Notes under the pieces: model-generated | Told to the model about the DNA's origin: nothing | What the model saw: only the letters and a program-made list of their open reading frames with translations | The model's database searches: none | Shown here: one piece after another, positions 23,617-35,119 of the stretch | How the letters are laid out: each line of letters opens with the position of its first letter | Numbering within the stretch: position 1 is the first letter of the stretch | Assembly (NCBI GenBank): GCA_963693365.1 | Contig: CAVNZM010000018.1 | Location: forward strand, 1,421,861 to 1,485,860 | Length of the DNA stretch: 64,000 nt | From: Amoebidium appalachense | Taxonomy: Eukaryota > Protista > Ichthyosporea | Direction of reading: 5' to 3' | Position numbers and translations under genes: made by a program

Positions 23617-26600
23617 TGTAAACAACTGTGCACATGAACTGTACATGTTTACTAAAGAATGTGATGTACTAGCACACGATTCGTGCTTTGTCACGAATAT
23701 CACATAAATATTATGTCCGCACCAATAGGAATCAATCTTACCTAAGAAATGAACCATATATGGTTCTACCGCTGCATACCACATAAACGAAGTGGACCAA
23801 TAAGATGTTTGCATAAATAGGACGAAGGTCTGACTGGCTCGGACCGCACCAGAATCACGAATGGCATGTTGCCACCCGCGCTGGCCGCGGATGAACCAAT
23901 CCTGGGCCTTGATCCGAAACCTGGGGGCTATATAAGAAAGCCGTCCCAGTACGGGGATCACATCAGTGAAGTCTGAGACAGACTGAGTCGGCCCATAGTA
24001 AAAGCAACCTGGCCGCGTGTGCCTTTCTACCCGTTCTCTGTCTTTATTTTGATTCAGTTGTACTCTGCCTTATCCTAACTAGTCCAACTGTTTACATTGG
24101 CGACCGCGGCAGGACACTGTTATACATTGCCAACTGTTTACATTGGCGACCGCGCAGTTCAAGAATCTCGCATCCTTCGAATCTCACATCTTTCAATCAG
24201 TTCAAGAATCTCACATCTTTCAATCAGCTCAAGAATCTCCCATGGCCGATCACAATCCTTTTTACCCCGATGATAGGCACATCTTTCCTTGTCCGGCTTA
24301 GAATATATACACCTGCAAGTTTGAAGTGGCCAGCCCACCTACACGGAAAGAATTGAAAGCATGTAAAACTTCTTTTGCTACGACACATCAAAAATGTGAA
24401 GAAAGACGAATACACAATGAAACAACGAATACACGAACAAACGAATAAAGAATTGCTAACGAAGCAATGAACCAACGAAAAACGAACCATCACGAATACA
24501 CAATGAAATAAAGAATTAACGACAAGCGAATGCATAGAGGAAATACGAAATGAATGCAACACAAAACAAAACAAAGTAACGAAGTTATCAAACGACAAAA
24601 AACGAAAAACGAAAGCAAAATGAAATGGAAATACGAAAATGAAAGAACGAATGCACAACACTGCTTGGGTTGCAATGCACACAGCCCCCTCTATGTTACG
24701 AAGAAAAGAAAACCGTTGCCCTTGCGTGCATTGCGCTATTGCACACTGTCATCGTGTCCATGCCACCGCATGCACGTCCACACTCGCAAGCCAGATGCAC
24801 GGCCACTTTCAGCACGAATGCATTTAAAGAAGAAGATAGTCGCTGTTCCTATAGCATTGAGGACATCAGGTGCTGTGAAAGTAGTTTTGCATGCATGCTT
24901 CGAATTTCTTGCTGTTTTCGAATACAGCATGCCCCATAGTTTAGCGCACAGGATGCACAACATGCGCATGAATGTATGCTGGCATGCCTAAACACATTAC
25001 GAACACTGATATGCCTCATGTATGGCGGCCCTTCCTGGTGCCACGTCCTAACGAATTTGCACTCTTGGTGCACAAAAGGCATGTAATAAAGTCGATGCAG
25101 AACTTTTGTTCATGCATGTGAAAAACAAAGAAGGTGTTGGGTACGAATTTTAAGGTGATTGCCCGTCTGTGGCAATACTGTATAACATACCAATTACACT
25201 GTCAAGCCTTGCACTAGCTGCCGGCACACCCCCACCAGAACAAAAGAATGTGGTATGGGCACCGCTCCCTCACAACCCCATCATACAGTGTCAGTATTTT
25301 GGCTGGAAGCCTTTCAGTTTCGAATTACGAATACCCTCCTTCACTACTGAAGAAAGTGACGTGGAAGACGAATACGAATACGAATGCAAGGTGTTGTTGA
25401 CTAACACATCGGACCATCATGTGTACCTAGGCCCTGGTACGGAGGTGACCATGTTATTCCCTTGCAATATGATGACACTGTAACAATTTAGCACGTGCAT
25501 ACCCCACCAATGGGCACATGCGGGAGACAACCCCACAAGCTGCCTTATTGGGCACCTCTGCTAAAACGAATATTCTTCTCACGAAGGAACAGAAGAATGC
25601 CACGAACACGAACCACACACTCACCAGGCAGCTACTTACATCTAATGTATGTAAGAAGTAGGGTGTGTGAACGGGGTAACTTCATGAACACCAACACGAA
25701 AGAAAGCACAGCACAAAGCAGTTCCACGAATACGAATGGTTTTGGTATTCCACATAACGAACAGAACCTACAGTAGGGCCACCTACAAATGAAGCAGAGG
25801 ATGGGGCACCATCCAGACCTGCACTGGAGGATATGAAAACACGAAGCGCGCTCACGAAGTTGCTTAGAAAGGGCGACTGTGACGACTTTTCTTTTTAGGC
25901 CAAGCCTCCAGAAGAATGTATTATGCCTGGAATCCCCCTGCTCAACGAAAATGGCTGGCAAATGGGATACGAAAACTGCTCACGAATGGAAGCATGTGTT
26001 TTCTGAAGAAGGTTTGCTTTGCCTACCCTCTTCTTATGAATTATGAACCGGGTTTTTACTGGTTCGAATTCTGACGGGCTGATATATTTCTTTATGTCGC
26101 CCAACGAAGAGCACTTGGGCATTTTTATTCATGTTTTTCCCAGCTCCGATGATGCAGGGTTAAAGCTGAAAGGAAAGAAGTGCTATTTGTTCATGAAAGA
26201 AGTGGCTTTTCTGGCCATGGCGACTCGCTTTATAATCTTAAGGTAGAACCGGGATAAGGAGCAGTGGCTAAGCCTTGAAGCTATCCACCACTACCTGAGC
26301 TACGAAATGACCTAAGGCTTGAGTTATATTCATTATCGAATGTTTGGTATGATCATTCATCCACACAACTAAATTACTCGCAATTGAAAACGAATCTGCG
26401 GGAGTTTCCTAAAAAGGAAAAACACCTAAAAAAGGAAAATATTACTTCTACAGAAAAAGCCAAGCACAGAGACGAAGCGAACAATTCGCACGCACACTCT
26501 GCAACAATCTTCGCCACGAAAATGAAAACACAGAAGAATGCTGCATGAATTTGTGTTTTGGCAAATGAAGAAGTGCTCATAGACGTGCACAACTCTATTC

Positions 26601-27209
26601 CACCGTCCTTGCTCTGTTCTGTCCAGCAGCTCGGCACACACAAGAATTCTCGCTGAAGGTTGTTTATCGCCTCTCAGCCTGGTGGTTTGCTTGTCTAACG
26701 ACACCACCAGGCTCCCGACAAGGGGGGAGTGTAAACAACTGTGCACATGAACTGTACATGTTTACTAAAGAATGTGATGTACTAGCACACGATTCGTGCT
26801 TTGTCACGAATATCACATAAATATTATGTCCGCACCAATAGGAATCAATCTTACCTAAGAAATGAACCATATATGGTTCTACCGCTGCATACCACATAAA
26901 CGAAGTGGACCAATAAGATGTTTGCATAAATAGGACGAAGGTCTGACTGGCTCGGACCGCACCAGAATCACGAATGGCATGTTGCCACCCGCGCTGGCCG
27001 CGGATGAACCAATCCTGGGCCTTGATCCGAAACCTGGGGGCTATATAAGAAAGCCGTCCCAGTACGGGGATCACATCAGTGAAGTCTGAGACAGACTGAG
27101 TCGGCCCATAGTAAAAGCAACCTGGCCGCGTGTGCCTTTCTACCCGTTCTCTGTCTTTATTTTGATTCAGTTGTACTCTGCCTTATCCTAACTAGTCCAA
27201 CTGTTTACA
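23617..27209 (+). mobile_element. Non-autonomous LTR retrotransposon B, copy 1
   Basis: 480-bp LTRs at 23617-24096 and 26730-27209 (TGTAAACA...TGTTTACA); GGTGG TSD; PBS TGGCGACCGCGGCAGGA (tRNA 3' end with G discriminator, likely Ser); PPT AAGGGGGGAG; interior has only decayed pol scraps (e.g. GLKLKGKKCYLFMKEVAFL). Confidence 0.95.
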
Positions 27210-27330
27210 GGTGGGCAACGGGGGGTGGAGAAGGTTGCCTACCCAATTCACCTCCGGCCGTGCCACCGGGCCGGGTGCCTCCTGATAACATGTGTGGGCA
27301 CGAAGGGCATGTGAGTGGGACACGAGGCGG
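27210..27330 (+). pseudogene. Element A pol linker fragment stranded between the two B insertions
   Basis: Removing both B copies gives a continuous frame ...AQCIRWATGGGEG...GTRGGPIHSPIDQSMCAVDHEK into RT. Confidence 0.85.
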
Positions 27331-30300
27331 TGTAAACAACTGTACACATGAACTGTACATGTTTACTAAAGAATGTGATCTACTAGCACACAATTCGTTC
27401 TTTGTCATGAATATCACATAAATATTATGTCCACACCAATAGGAATCAATCTTACCTAAGAAATGAACCATGTATGATTCTACCGCTGCATACCACATAA
27501 ACGAAGTGAACCAATAAGATGTTTGCATAAATAGGACGAAGGTCTGACTGGCTTGGACCGCACCAGAATCACGAATGGCATGTTGCCACCCGCGCTGGCC
27601 GCGGATGAAGCAATCCTGGGCCTTGATCCGAAACCTGGGGGCTATATAACAAAGCCGTCCCAGTACGGGGATCACATCAGTGAAGTCTGAGACAGACTGA
27701 GTCGGCCCATAGTAAAAGCAACCTGGCCGCGTGTGCCTTTCTACCCGTTCTCTGTCTTTATTTTGATTCAGTTGTACTCTGCCTTATCCTAACTAGTCCA
27801 ACTGTTTACATTGGCGACCGCGGCAGGACACTGTTATACATTGCCAACTGTTTACATTGGCGACCGCGCAGTTCAAGAATCTCGCATCCTTCGAATCTCA
27901 CATCTTTCAATCAGTTCAAGAATCTCACATCTTTCAATCAGCTCAAGAATCTCCCATGGCCGATCACAATCCTTTTTACCCCGATGATAGGCACATCTTT
28001 CCTTGTCCGGCTTAGAATATATACACCTACAAGTTTGAAGTGGCCAGCCCACCTACACGGAAAGAATTGGCATGTAAAACTTCTTTTGCTACGACACATC
28101 AAAAATGTGAAGAAAAACGAATACACAACGAAACAACGAATACACGAACAAACGAATAAAGAATTGCTAACGAAGCAATGAACCAACGAAAAACGAACCA
28201 TCACGAATACGCAATGAAATAAAGAATTAACGACAAACGATTGCATAGAGGAAATACGAAATGAATGCAACACGAAAACAAAACGAAGTAACGAAGTTAT
28301 CAAACGACAAAAAACGAAAAACGAAAGCAAAATGAACTGGAAATACGAAAATGAAAGGACGAATGCACAACACTGCTTGGGTTGCAATGCACACAGCCCC
28401 CTCTATGTTAGGAAGAAAATAAAACCGTTGCCCTTGCGTGCATTGCCCTATTGCACACTGCCATCGTGTCCATGCCACCGCATGCACGTCCACACTCGCA
28501 AGCCAGATGCACGGCCACTTTCAGCACAAATGCACTTAACGAAGAAGATAGTCGCTGTTGCTATAGCATGTAGGACCTAAGATCTTATGAAAGTAGTGTT
28601 GCATGCATGCTTCGAATCCCTTGCTGTTCTCGAATACAGCATGCCCCATAGTTTAGCGCCCAGGATGCACAACATGCGCATGAATGTATGCTGGCATGCC
28701 TAAACACATTACGAACATATGCCTGACTCATGTATGGCGGCCCTTCCTGGTGCCACGCCCTAACGAATTTGCACTCTTGGTGCACAAAAGGCATGTAATA
28801 AAGTCGATGCAGAACTTTTGTTCATGCATGTGAAAAACAAAGAAGGTGTTGGGTACGAATTTTAAGGTGAATGCCCGTCTGTGGCAATACTGTGTAACAT
28901 ACCAATTACACTGTCAAGCCTTGCACTAGCTGCCGGCACACCCCCACCAGAACAAAAGAATGTGGTATGGGCACCGTTCCCTCACAACCCCAGCATACAG
29001 TGTCAGTATTTTGGCTGGAAGCCTTTCAGTTTCGAATTACGAATACCCTCCTTCACTACTGAAGAAAGTGACGTGGAAGACGAATACGAATACGAATGCA
29101 AGGTGTTGTTGACTAACACATCGGACCATCATGTGTACCTACTAGGCCCTGGTACGGAGGTGACCATGTTATTCCCTTGCAATATGATGACACTGTAACA
29201 ATTTAGCACGTGCATACCCCACCAATGGGCACATGCGGGAGACAACCCCACAAGCTGCCTTATTGGGCACCTCTGCTAAAACGAATATTCTTCTCACGAA
29301 GGAACAGAAGAATGCCACGAACACGAACCACACACTCCCCAGGCAGCTACTTACGTCTGATGTATGAAAGTAGTAGGTGTGTGAATGGGGTAACTTCATG
29401 AACACCAACACGAAAGCAAGCACAGCACAAAGCAGTTCCACGAATACGAATGGTTTTGGTATTCCACACAACGAACAGAACCTACAGTAGGGCCACCTAC
29501 AAATGAAGCAGAGGATGGGGCACCATCCAGACCTGCACTGGAGGATATGAAGATACGAAGCGCGCTCACGAAGTTGCTTACAAAAGAAAGGGCGACTGCG
29601 ACGACTTTTCTTTTTAGGCCAAGCCTCCAGAAGAATGTATTATGCCTGGAATCCCCCTGCTCAACGAAAATGGCTGGCAAATGGGATACGAAAACTGCTC
29701 ACGAATGGAAGCATGTGTTTTCTGAAGGAGGCTTGCTTTGCCTACCCTCTTCTTATGAATTATGAACCGGGCTTTTACTGGTTCTGACGGGTGATATATT
29801 TCTTTATGTCGCCCAACGAAGAACACTTGGGCATTTTTATTCTGTTTTTCCCAGCTCCGATGATGCAGGGTTAAAGCTGAAAGGAAAGAAGTGCTCTTTG
29901 TTCATGAAAGAAGTGGCTTTTCCGGCCATGGTGACTCGCCTTACAGTCTTAAGGTAGAACCGGGATAAGGAGCAGCGGCTAAGCCTTGAAGCTATCCACC
30001 ACTACCTGAGCTACGAAGTGACCTAAGCCTTGAGTTATATTCATTATCGAATGTTTGGTATGATCATTCATCCACACAACCAAATTACTCGCAATTGAAA
30101 ACGAATCTGCGGGAGTATCCTAAAAAGGAAAAATTCCCAAAAGAAAAATACTACTTCTACAGAAAAGCCAAGCACAGAGACGAAGCGAACAATTCGCACA
30201 CACTCTGCAACAATCTTCGCCACGAAAATGAAATCACAGAAGGATGCTGCATGAATTTACGTTTTGGCAAATGAAGAAGTGCTCATAGACGTGCACAACT

Positions 30301-30913
30301 CTATTCAACCGTCCTTGCTCTGTTCTGCCCAGCAGGTCGGCGCACAAGAATTCTCGCTGAAGGTTGTTTATCGCCTCTCAGCCTGGTGGTTTGCTTGTCT
30401 AACGACACCACCAGGCTCCCGACAAGGGGGGAGTGTAAACAACTGTACACATGAACTGTACATGTTTACTAAAGAATGTGATCTACTAGCACACAATTCG
30501 TTCTTTGTCATGAATATCACATAAATATTATGTCCACACCAATAGGAATCAATCTTACCTAAGAAATGAACCATGTATGATTCTACCGCTGCATACCACA
30601 TAAACGAAGTGAACCAATAAGATGTTTGCATAAATAGGACGAAGGTCTGACTGGCTTGGACCGCACCAGAATCACGAATGGCATGTTGCCACCCGCGCTG
30701 GCCGCGGATGAAGCAATCCTGGGCCTTGATCCGAAACCTGGGGGCTATATAACAAAGCCGTCCCAGTACGGGGATCACATCAGTGAAGTCTGAGACAGAC
30801 TGAGTCGGCCCATAGTAAAAGCAACCTGGCCGCGTGTGCCTTTCTACCCGTTCTCTGTCTTTATTTTGATTCAGTTGTACTCTGCCTTATCCTAACTAGT
30901 CCAACTGTTTACA
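27331..30913 (+). mobile_element. Non-autonomous LTR retrotransposon B, copy 2
   Basis: 480-bp LTRs at 27331-27810 and 30434-30913; GGCGG TSD; same PBS and PPT; about 12 substitutions versus the copy-1 LTR. Confidence 0.95.
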
Positions 30914-33673
30914 GGCGGTCCGATACACTCACCGATCGACCAATCAATGTGTGCCGTTGATCATGAAAAACCCCCCCCCCCCCCGCAAAAAATTTCGGAA
31001 ATTTCGGGTGGGGGTGCACACGATGCCGGCCAGGCTCCCCACGGTTTTGATTGGAATAGGGTGCCTCAGAGTATGCTTCCAGATGTCAAGAAACTATTAG
31101 AAGCACACTCTCGTTGCTTCATCACTACGGACCCCGACGAATTTCCTCAGATTAAAGGATTCACCATGCACATAGACACGGGAGATAACCCACCGATTCG
31201 ATTAAAACAGTGGAGGTTGGAACAAGTGAAAGAGCAGGCCGCAAAGGAGATCGTGGAGGATATGTGTCGTAGAGGGCAGATGGAACAAGCACACAGTCAG
31301 TATAATTCACTCACCTTCGTAATACGAAAACCAAACGGAAAATACCGTCTGCTGACTGATTTTCGTGCTCTTAACAAGCAAATTCGAAAATCTGCCTGGC
31401 CCATGCCCAACTTGCAACAACAAATAGAGAAGTTGGCTGGGTATAAGTATTTCTGTAAAGCTGATATGTCGGGTGCCTTTTACCAAATACTGCTAGACGC
31501 TGAGTCACGTGAAAAAACAGGATTTTCTGTGGCTGGTGTGCAGTATCGTTATTGTGTGGCACCACAGGGGCTCAGTACTTCCCCATCCCAGCTAGCATCT
31601 ATCATGACACAGATTTTGGCCCCTCTGGCCGATGACGTGGTGGTATATGCCGATGATTTAGCTGTGGGTGCACACACCGAAAAAGAATTAATACAGAAGC
31701 TTGACCGACTTTTCACCCGTCTCGGTGAATATGGTGTTAAGCTCGATGGGGCAAAGACATACATTGGGCTTACGGAAATACCGTTTTTGGGTTGGATTGT
31801 AGGTGTGAATGGCATTCGGCCCGACCCGAAAAAGGTTCAGGCAGTGAAAGATTGGCCGGTACCAAACACACTACATCAACTCCGGGGTTTTCTGGGTATT
31901 ACTTCGTATCTCCGCCGTCACATTTTAAAATTATGCAGAGCGAGCCCGACCCATGAATGCCGAGTGTTACGGAGAAAAACACCGACGGTTAAAATGGACG
32001 GACGAATTAGATCGCTCGTTTAAAGATTTAAAATCGGCGTTATCGGAGGAAGTGCTTGCCCTGCCCGATCTTTCCCCCACGGGGGGTCAGTTTCTTATTC
32101 GTTGTGATGCTAGTCGGTTCTCGGAAGGGGCTTGCCTGTATCAAAAACAAAAAGATGGCAAGTTCCGCACGGTGGCATATGCCTCCCGGATGTTTCAACC
32201 TACCGAACGTAGGTGGAGCAACATCGAACGAGAAACGCATGCAATCTATTGGGCACTGAAAGAGTTTAGGGTGTACGTGTATGGTCGAGTGAATACTATT
32301 GTAGAAAGTGACCATAAGCCCTGTCTTTCTCTTAAAGGTGTCAAACGGATAGCAAACGAACGGATGCAACGGTGGGCTTTGGAAATGCAGGAGTATGATT
32401 TCGATCTATACTACCGTCCTGGCCCTACCATGCACGATGCTGATGGGTTAAGCCGTATAGGATATATTCTGCATGAGAACGAAAACATACCACTGGAAAG
32501 GTGGGATGTGAAAAAGGAATTACAAGAGGTTCTCACAGCAGATTTATCCGAGCTTAGCTCGAAACCAGCCGAAGTGTTTGTTGATTGGGGTGATGCACTC
32601 GAATTCACACACATTTTCGATCCAGACCGCTTGAAATGTGCACAAATTTCTGCACTCAGTCAAGCCGGCCTGCCCTCCCTTTCTGCACTCGGTGGTGCCG
32701 GCTATCAGAAGGAAGCAATTATGATGGCACAGGGGGGGGACAAAATGTGTAAGGATATAATCACGTGGCTACGGTGGCTTGCCTCCCTCGATGCCGAGGC
32801 CAAACGGGAATGGCAGGCAGGGGGGGAACGAGCTGCACACGGTCTTAATCTTGAGTATTTCGGATACAAAAAGGTTAAGAAAATAGCACAAATGTGTGTG
32901 ATAGAGGATGACGTGCTTTATCATGTGGCTAAGGATGGTCGTCGTTGCCTGTATGTGCCCGAAATCCTTCGTGCTGATTTATTAAGAAGTGTGCACGACG
33001 GGGGGGCTCATACTGGCATTGAACGAACTTACGAAAGATTATACAATTATTATTGGCCACGCATGCACAAAGATATCACTGCTTATGTGAATGTCTGCAC
33101 ACAGTGCCAAGGCCGTAACGATAACCCACACTTGAGAAGTAGGCCATTTGAACAGAGATACGAAAGAGATACGAAAATTTAAAAATGTTCTCTCGTGTTT
33201 CTGTTGACCTTATGGGTCCGTTCACAGAAACGAAAAATGGTAATACTTTCATTTGTGTGTTTATGGATATGGCAACGAAGTATTTAATCACTGTGCCCAT
33301 CCAATCTAAGCATGCCGTTAATGTTGCACATGCACTCATGAATGTAATTTGCTATATACACGGCCCCCCTCGTACACTCTTGAGTGATCAAGGATCAGAA
33401 TTTCTCAATGAGCTAATTGTTGAGATTTGCCGTATAGCAAATATTGCACAAGTGAGCACCTCTGCATATCACCCACAAAGCAACGGTTCCAATGAACGGT
33501 CTCATAGATTTATTAATAATGCACTCTCAAAGTACGTTAATTATGAGCACACTAATTGGGACACTCTGTTGCCGGTGGTTACACATGCATACAACACAAC
33601 AACACACAAAATTTTGCAATGTACATACTTCTTTTTACGGTGGGGCGTGTGGTATATTATACCGGATATCTAG
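30914..33673 (+). pseudogene. pol: Element A pol 3' part: RT, RNase H, integrase; disrupted by a 1-nt shift near 31930 and an 11-nt duplication near 33154-33175
   Basis: RLLTDFRALN, PQGL, VYADD (RT); CDAS, ERE, SDHK, DADGLSR (RH); HDGGAH...CTQC, VDLMGP, SDQGSEF, NGSNER (IN). Confidence 0.93.
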
Positions 33674-34258
33674 TATGGATGTACACAGGTTGAGATATAC
33701 GCACACGTGTACATGTATATATACCACTGTGTTTGATCTTAGGTAGGCCAGTATGCATGTCTCCCCCCAGTCTTGTGCGCATGAGCAAGAAGTTAAACAT
33801 ATGTGCACGTGCAGCTTGCAGAATTATTCATGGGAAAACAGATATAATAGTCACATGGGACCGACACGTAGTAGAGGAACCATGAGCGTTAAGTTATAGT
33901 TTTATCATGGGAAAATATGCAAGTAGCCGTGAAGGTATGACTGTGGAATGCATCGATAGTCAAGTACTGTCACCCGATTGGCTCACTAAGTTTATTGGAA
34001 CCGTGATAGCCATGGGACAGAACCGTGAACCGTATGTGATTGGCTCATAGCCAAAAAAGCACATACCAATGCGCATGTCTGAGCCGCTGTGCGAGCTCCG
34101 ATATAAGGGCATGTCGGGGGCTTCAGAGCTCACTCAGTGTGCTCGGCTTACTAGGTGTAAGTAGGACTAGCACGTAACTAAGCAAAGCGTGGTCTAGTCA
34201 ACCCCGTTCATTTATAAACATATTGTTTGTCACAGACACACGATCATATTATACAACA
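33648..34258 (+). repeat. Element A 3' LTR
   Basis: Copy of 20038-20648 followed by GAAGG. Confidence 0.95.
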
Positions 34259-35118
<860 letters not shown>

Positions 35119-35119
35119 T

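Larger units (their letters stand above)
20038..34258 (+). mobile_element. Ty3/Gypsy LTR retrotransposon (element A), recent, interrupted by two nested LTR elements
   Basis: 611-bp TG...CA LTRs at 20038-20648 and 33648-34258 with one visible mismatch; GAAGG TSD on both sides; order gag-PR-RT-RH-IN; an empty target site survives in the paralogous repeat at about 46085-46089. Confidence 0.97.

Noticed and set aside
23617-23961. Antisense ORF (MIPVLGRL...) repeated in all four B LTRs
   Set aside because: GTG start, and B1/B2 differences are almost all amino-acid changing, so no sign of coding constraint
23617-30913. B1/B2 as a tandem duplication or assembly duplicate
   Set aside because: Different TSDs, element-specific LTR variants and unique in-frame host pol sequence between them
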